Shown one piece after another: positions 44,671-53,604 of a stretch of 58,377 bases of DNA. How positions within the stretch are numbered: position 1 is the stretch's first letter; the number at the start of each line of letters is the position of its first letter. Below the pieces are notes generated by a model, which was not told the origin of the DNA, made no database searches, and saw only the letters and a list, made by a program, of their open reading frames with translations. Position numbers and translations under genes: made by a program. Source of the stretch: a virus (lineage: Duplodnaviria > Caudoviricetes); IMG/VR virus record IMGVR_UViG_3300043172_000336, positions 1-58,377 of that record, one strand, 5' to 3'.

Positions 44671-46268
44671 TGCCGAGACAAATAGCAAGTGGCCCACCAT
44701 GCCCCAAGTGCGGGAAGCTCATGGCGCGGGGTCCGAAATCACAATCAGGTAGGCTAAGGTGGACGTGCCGTCACTATGAAGACGGTAAAAGAATCTACTG
44801 CTACAGTACGACTGACCCGGAGACAGCCAGAGTGAATACACCATCAGGTAAGACCGAGAAGTTATCGTCACCAAAATTTAACCGTAAGCTCGGCGACGTA
44901 AAAAGATTCATCATCACGTCGGCGCAGAACGCAACACCAATCCACGAAGGTTTCTTCAGGGCGCTCAAGGCGTACTGCAAGAAGAACGGTGCGGAGCTGG
45001 TCGTCATACCAATCCGATACAAGAACCCGACCTCACGATGGACCGAGAGCCAGCGCAACGACGAGGTTTGGGCACCGGAGCTGCGACCCCACCTATATAA
45101 CCAGCGTAAGAAGCTCTGTAAGCATCTCGTTCTTTTAGGAGATATTAAAACAAGGCCCACTGCACAATCTCCTCTTACAGGCTTCGAGGGGATCACTCAT
45201 GGTGAGTCTGGCATCCTCGGTCATTCCAAACTGCAATTAAGAACTATCCCCACTCCACAGAATTCTCTACCGAAGATCCTAACGACCACCGGCAGCTGCA
45301 CGGTGAAGAACTACACCGACAGCAAGGCAGGCAAGAAGGGTGAGTTCCATCACGTCATCGGTGCCTGTGTCGTGGACATCAGCGGCGGCAAGTTTCACAT
45401 GCGCCAGGTGAACGCGACGAAGGACGGCTCGTTCATCGACCTGCAACACCACTATAGATCTAGTGGCCGGGTACACAGGGCGAACAAAGCATTGGGCCTC
45501 GTCATGGGTGACACCCACATGCGCTTCGTTGACCCGCAGGTAATCAAAGCCACCTTCGGTAAGAAGGGGATAGTGAACGCCCTCCTACCTGATGTCCTCG
45601 TCTGGCATGACCTACTCGATGGGTACAGTGCGAACCCACATCACTTCGGCAACCCGTTCATCGAGATCGCCAAGCGCCGGGCGAACATGCACATCGTGGA
45701 GGATGAGATCAAAGAGACGGTCTGGTTTCTCCGTAAGCACACACCCCCCGGACGTAAGAGTATCGTCGTAGCATCTAACCACGATGACTTCTTCCGCCGC
45801 TGGATCATGGACACTGACTGGCGACGTGACCCGGACAACGCATCGTTCTACCTTGAGACAGCCAAGCTCATGGCTGACTCCGCACACATGGACAAGCACG
45901 GCGCAAGCTACCTCGACCCATTCACCTACTGGGTGGACAAGTTAAAGGACAGCCCTAGTATCTCCTGCCTACCTGTGGATGAGAGCTACATGCTCGGCAA
46001 CATTGAGGTAGGGTTCCACGGTCACCGTGGCCCGCACGGAGCCAGGGGTACAGTAAAGAACTTGAGTCGCCTCGGTGTCCGTGTCATCACCGGCCATGGT
46101 CACGCACCTGCGATCGAAGAAGGACACTTCCGCACTGGCACCAGTACGTATCTCAAGCTGGAGTACAACGAGGGACCCAGTGCCTGGTTGAACACGCACT
46201 GCATCGTCTATGCCAACGGCAAGCGATCACTGATCAACATCATCGACGGCGCGTGGAGGTTTGAGTAA
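44670..46268 (+). CDS. T5 A1-like metallophosphoesterase/nuclease with N-terminal Zn-finger-like motif
   Basis: RFIITSAQN, TG..T.KNY...KAG.K, GDTH, HD..D, SNHD, HGH.G..G.RG, TGH.H, YN.G.S.W..TH...YANG.R.LI, in the order I recall from T5 A1; CPKC at the N-terminus. Confidence 0.8.
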   Translation: MPRQIASGPPCPKCGKLMARGPKSQSGRLRWTCRHYEDGKRIYCYSTTDPETARVNTPSGKTEKLSSPKFNRKLGDVKRFIITSAQNATPIHEGFFRALKAYCKKNGAELVVIPIRYKNPTSRWTESQRNDEVWAPELRPHLYNQRKKLCKHLVLLGDIKTRPTAQSPLTGFEGITHGESGILGHSKLQLRTIPTPQNSLPKILTTTGSCTVKNYTDSKAGKKGEFHHVIGACVVDISGGKFHMRQVNATKDGSFIDLQHHYRSSGRVHRANKALGLVMGDTHMRFVDPQVIKATFGKKGIVNALLPDVLVWHDLLDGYSANPHHFGNPFIEIAKRRANMHIVEDEIKETVWFLRKHTPPGRKSIVVASNHDDFFRRWIMDTDWRRDPDNASFYLETAKLMADSAHMDKHGASYLDPFTYWVDKLKDSPSISCLPVDESYMLGNIEVGFHGHRGPHGARGTVKNLSRLGVRVITGHGHAPAIEEGHFRTGTSTYLKLEYNEGPSAWLNTHCIVYANGKRSLINIIDGAWRFE

Positions 46269-46954
46269 TGCACGAGAGTGACGCACGGACCTCGTACAAG
46301 CGGGAGTTCGCTTGCATTGACTACGTCCATGACTACGGCATCGACCCGGAGAAGCGGGAGATCTATTTGTTCGGGCGCGATGAGTTTGTAACCGGTCAGG
46401 GGACAGAGGGATACAACGAGGAGCCAGGGGTTGAGTACTCCATGGCGAACCAGTTCATTAAGAACATACGTGTGCTGCAGGGGTTAGGAGACAAGCCGAT
46501 CCTCATCCACATGAAGACGTGCGGCGGTGACTGGATGGAAGGCATGGGTATATACCAATCTATACTGGCGTGTCCAAACCACGTCACCATCCTGAACTAC
46601 ACCCACGCTCGCAGCATGTCATCGATCGTCCTGCAAGCAGCTGACCACCGGGTGATGATGCCCTACTCAGAGTTCATGATGCATAAGGGTACGCAGACTA
46701 TCAGCGGCACCATCACCCAGGTGGAGACAGAGTACGCTCAGCTACAGTCAGACAACGACACGATGATGGAGATCTACGCCGACAAGCTCATGTCGTCGGA
46801 GCATTTCAAGAAGAAATCTTTCAAGCAGTGCGCTGCGTGGATCGACGCCAAGATGAAACAGAAGGAGGAGGTGTACTTCACTGCTCAAGAGACAGTGAAC
46901 CTCAACTTCGCCGACACTATCTTTGACTACGACTGGAAGAAGTTGAAAAAATAA
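46268..46954 (+). CDS. ClpP-like serine protease
   Basis: REIYLFG, T.GGD, ARSMSSIV (Ser), FMMH (His), YFTAQE.V.L.FAD. Confidence 0.8.
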   Translation: MHESDARTSYKREFACIDYVHDYGIDPEKREIYLFGRDEFVTGQGTEGYNEEPGVEYSMANQFIKNIRVLQGLGDKPILIHMKTCGGDWMEGMGIYQSILACPNHVTILNYTHARSMSSIVLQAADHRVMMPYSEFMMHKGTQTISGTITQVETEYAQLQSDNDTMMEIYADKLMSSEHFKKKSFKQCAAWIDAKMKQKEEVYFTAQETVNLNFADTIFDYDWKKLKK

Positions 46955-47295
46955 TGGCTACAGTAAAACTAGAGACAGGTGGTGTGTTCCAGCCATCAAT
47001 ATGGGCCGACAAGTTCGTAGAGGAATACAAAAGCCAACTGGTCATGGACCAGATGCAGAAGGCGTTCGATTGGCAACCCCCTGCCACCTGTCCACTGTCA
47101 AAGCAGATCATCATGGATGACATCCAAGAGTTGATCGCCATGCAACCAGACAAGCACATGATAGAAATCCTACAGGATATTGGGTCGGCATCGGATGGTG
47201 CCGAGCGGTCAGACATTCCCCTCGCGGAGATAGTTAATCAATTGGTTTGTTCTTTGCGCTCCGCTTGTAAGAACGATTCTTCTTCCGAGTCGTGA
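46954..47295 (+). CDS. hypothetical protein
   Basis: TAATG coupling to the ClpP-like gene. Confidence 0.55.
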   Translation: MATVKLETGGVFQPSIWADKFVEEYKSQLVMDQMQKAFDWQPPATCPLSKQIIMDDIQELIAMQPDKHMIEILQDIGSASDGAERSDIPLAEIVNQLVCSLRSACKNDSSSES

Positions 47296-47494
47296 CGCGA
47301 GTGTTACTCTTGGCGTAGCTTCCCCCGTTCGACAGGGCCTTGACGTGATGGACTTCCTTCCCGTCCCCCTTGTGGACGGTGCCTGCCTTCTCCGCTTCGT
47401 GGCGTGATCTGTTCCTTGCCGCCCGATCCTTCTTCGCTTTTGGCCCAGCGTGGTACTTTTGGTAGTAGGCGTCGGTTGATTCTCGGGTCGGCAT
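47234..47494 (-). CDS. HNH endonuclease-like protein
   Basis: KGDGKEVHHVKALSNGGS....NTRV.....NRS; ATG at 47494. Confidence 0.8.
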   Translation of the reverse strand: MPTRESTDAYYQKYHAGPKAKKDRAARNRSRHEAEKAGTVHKGDGKEVHHVKALSNGGSYAKSNTRVTTRKKNRSYKRSAKNKPID

Positions 47495-47930
47495 CGGACT
47501 CGTCCTGAATGGTGTGCTGGTGTGGGTGCTTGTCTTCAAACAGCTGCTTCAAGTGTATCACGCTGGCCGCCATACCGTCGATGGCTGAGGCCGTGTCCTG
47601 GCTTGGTGGTCGGTCATCAGTGAGCTTACCAGAGTGGTAGGCGTCGAGGATAATACCCACGCAGGCCAGCACACTACCCAGGTGTGGGACATGTGTGACA
47701 GGGTCAGCCCACTCACCGTTCTGGTACTTAGCCAGGTGTCTATAGCAAGCGTCGAGGTAGATCGACACGCGGACACCAGCTGCACGCCAGTTGTATTTCC
47801 CGTACTTGCACGCACCTTCAGTGAACGCGAGCGCAGCGTACGCAGGCAAGACACTGGGGACCAGGTGAAGGGGGAGCTTGTCGGAACCGATCTCGTCCTT
47901 CGGGTTGCTTGACTTTGTGTCGTCGCTCAT
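47304..47930 (-). CDS. dATP/dGTP diphosphohydrolase-domain (DUF5664-like) protein
   Basis: NPKD..G..K.PL.LVP, GA.KYG.YNWR, Y.DA..RHL, E..DP....PHL, L.DDRP. Confidence 0.8.
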   Translation of the reverse strand: MSDDTKSSNPKDEIGSDKLPLHLVPSVLPAYAALAFTEGACKYGKYNWRAAGVRVSIYLDACYRHLAKYQNGEWADPVTHVPHLGSVLACVGIILDAYHSGKLTDDRPPSQDTASAIDGMAASVIHLKQLFEDKHPHQHTIQDESDADPRINRRLLPKVPRWAKSEEGSGGKEQITPRSGEGRHRPQGGREGSPSRQGPVERGKLRQE

Positions 47931-48361
47931 AGCGTGGCGTCCATCACTCTGGCTAACAAGAGTCGTCGGCCAAACTCCTCAAGTTTTCCCCCTTCGTACA
48001 TAAATATAGTGTGGTAACACAGCAGTCCGGTCACCACCTCCAGCCGCGCACCCTTAGATTTCTCCCACCCACTCAGTAGTATGATGCCGTTGCATTTATC
48101 AGCGATCAACTCAACGTCACGCCCAAGTATCTGCCCCCATGACTCGCCCGCTATCTTCCCGGCCTTGTCTAGTCGCCCATCCTCGGACGCAAGCGCAGCC
48201 TCTCGGACTGTAGGTGAATCTGTTTCGACTGGTGAGATGATAGTAAGTCCCACGTCACGTAACTCTTTGGCAGCAGCTTCGAACGCCGGGAAGTTAAACT
48301 GTGGAATGCCAGTCATGGGACCGGCGAGATAGAATGTCTTCTTTAAGTCTGCGAGTTTCAT
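47927..48361 (-). CDS. DUF4406 (nucleoside deoxyribosyltransferase-like) protein
   Basis: YLAGPMTGIPQFNFPAF, L.GWEKSKGARLE. Confidence 0.85.
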   Translation of the reverse strand: MKLADLKKTFYLAGPMTGIPQFNFPAFEAAAKELRDVGLTIISPVETDSPTVREAALASEDGRLDKAGKIAGESWGQILGRDVELIADKCNGIILLSGWEKSKGARLEVVTGLLCYHTIFMYEGGKLEEFGRRLLLARVMDATL

Positions 48362-48609
48362 TAGTATACGTCTCCATTGTTTCCTCGTTTGTGTTCTTCA
48401 TAAGGCGCTACCTTTCGGCGGTAGAATTCCTGCTTCGCACACTCCAACACGCCGATGATTTCGTTGAGGAGTTCATAGCTAACATCTTTGTCCTTCAAGT
48501 AGGCAAGGCAAGTCTTCGTGATGATGTAGTTGAGTTCCCCTGCGTCCATGGCAAAGCTGCTCTTGTTTCGGTCCAGTCTCTGTCGTTGTTTCTTTGTTAC
48601 GTATGGCAT
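48361..48609 (-). CDS. phage hypothetical protein
   Basis: MPY...R..LD ... GELNY.IT ... GVLECAKQEFYRR.VAPYE..K...NGDVY; coupled on both sides. Confidence 0.75.
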   Translation of the reverse strand: MPYVTKKQRQRLDRNKSSFAMDAGELNYIITKTCLAYLKDKDVSYELLNEIIGVLECAKQEFYRRKVAPYEEHKRGNNGDVY

Positions 48610-49181
48610 TAGAATGTGTATCCAAACTTTTCAATTTCCCAGGCACCGTTCACCGCGATCAACTCCTTGTCCTCGGGTTCAACGACCAACTCCCTGACGG
48701 TGTGGTTCTTGAACTCGGACCGCTTCCTATGTCGGAGAGCTATTGGTTTGATGCCGAGGGCCAGTGCAATATCATCGTGCGAGCCACGCAGGTCCTCAAA
48801 CCTAAAGACGTGATCAACTATCTTCCGACCGTCCTCGTCACACAGCATGTTCACTGGGCACTGCTTGGTTACCCACTCGTATCCTTTCTTCGACATGTAC
48901 GGTGTGTACAACCAGGTGTGGAAGTCTTCCCGCTGCCAGTCGAGGTCCGTCTGCATCTTCTCGTGCCTGCTCTCCCGAAAGTAATAGTACAGCGAGATCA
49001 TCCTCTCCCATGGGTTACGGACGAAGCTGAAACTCCACGCATCATTCCACTTGTAGTTCAGCCGCTTACGTACCTGCAATGCGGTGTCGTGACTGAAGTA
49101 ATAGATGTGGTCCCGGTACATCATCTTCACGGTGTTGCCGTTCGTACGAGGGACGTGGATAAAGACTGCGTTGCGTATCAT
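48609..49181 (-). CDS. sulfotransferase family 2-like protein
   Basis: 5'-PSB-like FIHVPRTNGNT, 3'-PB-like FSFVRNPWERMISLY, later RFEDL and E...FGY.F. Confidence 0.8.
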   Translation of the reverse strand: MIRNAVFIHVPRTNGNTVKMMYRDHIYYFSHDTALQVRKRLNYKWNDAWSFSFVRNPWERMISLYYYFRESRHEKMQTDLDWQREDFHTWLYTPYMSKKGYEWVTKQCPVNMLCDEDGRKIVDHVFRFEDLRGSHDDIALALGIKPIALRHRKRSEFKNHTVRELVVEPEDKELIAVNGAWEIEKFGYTF

Positions 49182-51982
49182 TTAACTACCTCATCTAATG
49201 GTTTCGAGTGTGTGAGTGGAACCTCCAACAGGTACTGAGCGATTGGAATCTCATACTTCGTTCCGATGCCCAGCTTCGCACGCTTCTCCGTGGCACCCAT
49301 CTTAGTTTTCAATGTCTGTACGATCCTGCCCGAGGGTAAGCCCCGTGCCTCCAGCCATCGAACGAAGTCCGACCGGGAGAAGCGGACCAGGTCATCGTCC
49401 CGTGACTGGTGACAGATGATCTTCTCGCTGCGCGGTGTGATAAGTATCTCGGGATGGTATCCACGAGTGTTCGCTCTGGGTAACGGGAAGACATCAACGA
49501 GTAACACCTTGTCTTGGTGTTGCTGTATGTAAGAGCTGACGATCTCCTCCGGCTCGAACGCGGCGAGGCTACGGTTGCCACGGCCACGCAGGTGGTTCAG
49601 GTTGCCGCCGAGGAATCGGATCAGCGTCTTGGTATTTATCTTAGCGATTTCTAAGTCGTGTGCTATCTCAGCACCTACTACTATCGCAGCCATCATAGAG
49701 AACCAGAACCGTTCGGCTGGGTCTTCCTTCAGTGCGACCCCCAGCTTGGTACGTATGTGTTGGACTCGTGCCTCGACCTCCGGTGCATGACGCGCCAGGT
49801 ACTGGGCGTACACCCTGCCTGCGTGCCCGTAGTTCTGATTCAGCTGACCGAAAAGCACAGCCAGCTCGGACACGTTGACCTTGTCAGTGGATGGTTGGAC
49901 AGTCACCTCGAACGTGCGAGCAACGCCAGCGTCCGACCCTGTACTGTGACGAGCCATCGACTCGAAGATAGAATCGTTCGACGCCACGATCAGCATCGTC
50001 TCCCATGTATGGATCTCCTGCATGGCAGCCTGCTGGGTGAGCCGTGTCTTCTCCTTGCCCTGTGCAATCTGGAACACGAGGCGTACAAATTCTTCGACGG
50101 CTTCCTTACCACGCAGCTCATCCCAATAGGCGGGCAGGTTATTCAGGTAGCCCAGCTTGCGGGCGACACTCTTAGGTGTGTCATCAATCGCGTTCACTCC
50201 ATGAGTAGGTGAACCCCAGACAGCTTGGCTCATCTTAAGGGCCGAGGTCTTACCGACACCACTCTCTGCGCTGACTATTGATAGGGTGCCACCTGATATG
50301 CCAGTGAACCTGAGTATGGGTGCGGCGAATGCGCTCGCCAGGATAGCAGTGAACGCCGGGTTGTCCTGTGTCGTTATGAACTCGGCGACCTCTTGCCATT
50401 TCTTATAGGTGCCGACCGGCTCGTAGTACTTACCGATCGCAGTAAATTCTTTCGCGGTGCGTACGTCATCACGCACCCGACCATCAGCATAGAAGGTGGT
50501 GCGACCGCACGAGAACCCGACGATCGCATCGTCCTTTGTGACCCAGCCTAGCTGCTCCGTTACCTCGGCGACATGCTTGGCGTCCTGTAAATTCTTCAAC
50601 CAAATAGCCATAAGTTCCTTGAAAGCTATCGCTTCCTTACCTCTGAATGCAACCCCGTACAGGGCCATGTGTTCGATGAGTTTGTGCTGGTTGCCGAGAC
50701 ACTCTCCCGGTATGACCAGGTCCAGTACGATACCAACAACGTCGAGCCGGTGTTCCACCATGCCTGTCAGTAACGAGCGTGCTGTTCTGAAGTTGGCAAA
50801 CTCGTAGCTGATCATCTTGACCCACGCCTTACCAGTCTCCTCGTCAGTCATCAGCCGTTCCGTCTTGCCTTCGTGCCCGCGCCACCCCCATGGTAGGCCG
50901 CCAACTTCCTTCGTCTCTGCGGTGCCTACTTGTACAGGTGTCTTGATAAATCCAAACCTGGGGCACCGCTTGCACATCTCCGGGTAGTACCCTTCGAACG
51001 TGCTACATAGGGTGGGTCCAGCCGTGTTCTCCTTCCTTTGCTCCCACTTCTCGTTAGTGGCCGACGCATCGTAGCCGGGATGACCATCAGACACGGCGTG
51101 GACCCATAGCTCTGCGTCTTCGCAATGCTTGAGCAGTTGTAGGATGAGGACCCATTCGGGTTCGCTGCACTCCTTCCCGTGGGTTTCCGCTATGTGTCTG
51201 GAAACCTCACAGTGTTTAATGATCTCTTGGAACGTGCCGGGTTCAACCTTGGCCCCGCCGCCTACCCCGGCAGTGAACTCATCGTAGACGTTACCCGACA
51301 GGACTGAGGAGACAGCCGACTTGACGTACGGTGAGAGCCTGGCTTCCAGGTCCTCCACGTTGAACAGTTGGTCGGAGCTGTATACAACCTGCACCTTGGC
51401 CGGGTACTTCCAGTTGACTGTACTAACAGGTCGTAGGACACGGCAGGCGTCAGCGGTGCAGGCAAGGTCAGCTATCAACCCGGCCTGCTTAGCGGCCTGC
51501 TTCAGGGCCTCAGCGAGCGGCTGCCAACGGGCCAGGGGGATAGGCAGCTCGAAGGGCCAGTAGGCATGGATGCCTCCCCCTGAGTGGACGAGGATTGCTG
51601 GCGGTGGCATCCCCACCTCAGCACAGAAGGTTCGGAGCGCCTCGATCACCTCGCGGGCGTCGGCATACCCTGACTTGAAATCTATGTCGAACCAAAGGGC
51701 CTTGAGTGAGTCAACATTGTCACGCACTCGCATGACCTTCTTGAGCTTGCCCTTCTTCTCGATGGTGTGGAACCCACGCTTGTAAGAGGCGAGGGCGAAG
51801 TAGGTATCCTGTTTGGTCAGCGCGAAGTCCACGACGGCCTGAGCTAGGTCGTGGTGTGTTCTCCTGACACGGTGTTCAAATGTAGAGTACGTCCGTCCCT
51901 CGGCTGAGGTCCGATCGATCTTGCGGGCAGTAACGAGATGTCCGGGTGGAACTACTGCCTCAAGAAAATCTATGAGGTTCAT
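49178..51982 (-). CDS. primase-helicase (primase domain plus DUF927 P-loop domain)
   Basis: LWFDID, HSGGGIHAYW, RVLRP; Cys cluster; Walker A ESGVGKT, WDE, GKEKTRL; start 51982 or 52000. Confidence 0.85.
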   Translation of the reverse strand: MNLIDFLEAVVPPGHLVTARKIDRTSAEGRTYSTFEHRVRRTHHDLAQAVVDFALTKQDTYFALASYKRGFHTIEKKGKLKKVMRVRDNVDSLKALWFDIDFKSGYADAREVIEALRTFCAEVGMPPPAILVHSGGGIHAYWPFELPIPLARWQPLAEALKQAAKQAGLIADLACTADACRVLRPVSTVNWKYPAKVQVVYSSDQLFNVEDLEARLSPYVKSAVSSVLSGNVYDEFTAGVGGGAKVEPGTFQEIIKHCEVSRHIAETHGKECSEPEWVLILQLLKHCEDAELWVHAVSDGHPGYDASATNEKWEQRKENTAGPTLCSTFEGYYPEMCKRCPRFGFIKTPVQVGTAETKEVGGLPWGWRGHEGKTERLMTDEETGKAWVKMISYEFANFRTARSLLTGMVEHRLDVVGIVLDLVIPGECLGNQHKLIEHMALYGVAFRGKEAIAFKELMAIWLKNLQDAKHVAEVTEQLGWVTKDDAIVGFSCGRTTFYADGRVRDDVRTAKEFTAIGKYYEPVGTYKKWQEVAEFITTQDNPAFTAILASAFAAPILRFTGISGGTLSIVSAESGVGKTSALKMSQAVWGSPTHGVNAIDDTPKSVARKLGYLNNLPAYWDELRGKEAVEEFVRLVFQIAQGKEKTRLTQQAAMQEIHTWETMLIVASNDSIFESMARHSTGSDAGVARTFEVTVQPSTDKVNVSELAVLFGQLNQNYGHAGRVYAQYLARHAPEVEARVQHIRTKLGVALKEDPAERFWFSMMAAIVVGAEIAHDLEIAKINTKTLIRFLGGNLNHLRGRGNRSLAAFEPEEIVSSYIQQHQDKVLLVDVFPLPRANTRGYHPEILITPRSEKIICHQSRDDDLVRFSRSDFVRWLEARGLPSGRIVQTLKTKMGATEKRAKLGIGTKYEIPIAQYLLEVPLTHSKPLDEVVK

Positions 51983-51990
51983 AAAACTGG

Positions 51991-52031
51991 AGGGGTCCAC
52001 ATCGCACAGGAGGTGGACAATGTGAACCCCT
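51991..52031 (-). promoter_or_regulatory. RNA stem-loop between the SSB-like and primase genes
   Basis: Minus strand AGGGGTTCACAT ... ATGTGGACCCCT, 12-bp stem with one G-U, followed by CCAGTTTT then ATG. Confidence 0.55.
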
Positions 52032-52036
52032 ATACA

Positions 52037-53152
52037 CTACCCGTCGAGTAACCCGGCGAGCATTTTATCGAAGGATTCTTCTTCTCCTTCGCCAGTGGCG
52101 ACACCCTCCTCGGGTACGGTAGCTGCCAGTGCGACCTCCGCAGCAGCAGCAGGTTCTTCAGCGGGCTTGGCCTTGGCCTTCGTCTTCTTCTTTTTCTTTG
52201 CCGCTGGTTTCTTCACGACTGCGACCGGCTCAGGTGCTGCGATCTCATCAGGCTCGGTCGGAGTAGCAGCTGGTGCTATCTCCTCGTCGCCTGCATTGAG
52301 TTCTTCTTCTTGAGCAGGTTGCATTGTAGATACAGCGGGAGTCGGACCAGCTTCAGTCGTTGTCGGTGCCCCGTCAACTCCTACCTCGCTGTCTCCAGTC
52401 GTTCCCGCTGCACTGTACTCGGTGGCCTCAGCCAGGATGCGTTTCACTTCTTCCGAATCACGTAAGGCAACAACAACTGCTGCCTGATCGTCGTTCAGAA
52501 ATTGAATGCCTTTGAACGAGAGCTTGGGGTACGCCACGCTAGTGTCGAACCCGACTCGGGTGATCAATGCATACGGAGGAACGCCCTTCGGCTTCAGCAT
52601 CTTTTCGATGTAATCTTTCAGAGGATTGAGTGACGCTGGCGGGACACGCAGCAGCAGAGGTTCGACCTCTTGCTTCGGGTCCAGCGCAGCGGCTTCAATC
52701 TGGTCACGCATAGCGACAGCCATGCGTCGTACGTCTGCACAAGCTCGGGTCTTCGCACCTCCCGGTGTGATCTTCGAACCCCATACATTGTTCGGACATA
52801 TCTCACAGGTTTTGGAGACAGGTTTCTCTACCCCTGCGTCGGGCCTGATCCCGTCCGCCGACCAGCAATCAGGCGGGCTGGTATCGCCCTCGGAATACTG
52901 TCCCTTGTAAAAGATTTTTGCGAGCCTCGGGTTCGACTTGATCAGCACAACTTGCACTGACTGAACCGCTTCGCCTTCGTCATCCAGGTAGACTTCTTCT
53001 TCAGTCTTGTGCTTGACTCGCCAGACTTTGCCTCGGTAAGAGATGACGGGGAACCCGCTTGTTACTCCTTCCGAGAACTCGTTGTAAGATTCTGCCTGCT
53101 GCTGAAATATAGCAGGTAGAGATGGATTCACTGTCGCCAATTCCTTGGACAT
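52037..53152 (-). CDS. putative single-stranded DNA-binding/recombination protein
   Basis: PDCWSADG, C..CP.N.WGS, AC...RR.AV, LRVPPASL; acidic C-terminal tail; replication context. Confidence 0.65.
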   Translation of the reverse strand: MSKELATVNPSLPAIFQQQAESYNEFSEGVTSGFPVISYRGKVWRVKHKTEEEVYLDDEGEAVQSVQVVLIKSNPRLAKIFYKGQYSEGDTSPPDCWSADGIRPDAGVEKPVSKTCEICPNNVWGSKITPGGAKTRACADVRRMAVAMRDQIEAAALDPKQEVEPLLLRVPPASLNPLKDYIEKMLKPKGVPPYALITRVGFDTSVAYPKLSFKGIQFLNDDQAAVVVALRDSEEVKRILAEATEYSAAGTTGDSEVGVDGAPTTTEAGPTPAVSTMQPAQEEELNAGDEEIAPAATPTEPDEIAAPEPVAVVKKPAAKKKKKTKAKAKPAEEPAAAAEVALAATVPEEGVATGEGEEESFDKMLAGLLDG

Positions 53153-53154
53153 GA

Positions 53155-53529
53155 TTACCTCCTGACTCCGATTTGATTTAACGTGCTTACTTTAACGCCG
53201 GGGACTTCGTCGCCAAAATCCTCGACATACTTTTTGTTCGCCTTGACATCGAGCGCATCCCACTTACCGTTTGAGATGACCCAATCAAGAAACGCATCAC
53301 GGTCTTTCACCGAGGCGTTGAAGCGTTTGATAATGTACGCGGTGCCTTCTTCGGTTGGAATGTTCTTGGTGTCGGTGTTGTTCAGATGATTAAGCATCTG
53401 AGCTTCGAGCTTGTCCATGCCTTCAGTGACACGGGCCATACTCTTTTTGAATTCGTCTTGCGCTTTCTTTTTGTGGTCACGCAAGCGTAAATAGTTTGAG
53501 ACCATTTGCCCCGGTGTCATTTCGTTCAC
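53155..53529 (-). CDS. phage replication-region hypothetical protein
   Basis: Y..LRD.K, T..GT.Y, VPGV......I.VRR; helical N-terminus. Confidence 0.75.
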   Translation of the reverse strand: MNEMTPGQMVSNYLRLRDHKKKAQDEFKKSMARVTEGMDKLEAQMLNHLNNTDTKNIPTEEGTAYIIKRFNASVKDRDAFLDWVISNGKWDALDVKANKKYVEDFGDEVPGVKVSTLNQIGVRR

Positions 53530-53591
53530 GAGGTCAGATCCCGAAAATTCGAATGGGCGGGGGGTGTGCTTTTCAATGATGTGTGTTTCAT
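53526..53591 (-). CDS. 21-aa mini-ORF bridging the helicase and the downstream gene
   Basis: AGGAG RBS, ATG 53591, MKHTSLKSTPPAHSNFRDLTS, TGA overlapping the next GTG. Confidence 0.35.
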   Translation of the reverse strand: MKHTSLKSTPPAHSNFRDLTS

Positions 53592-53604
53592 GTGTCGTCT
53601 CCTG

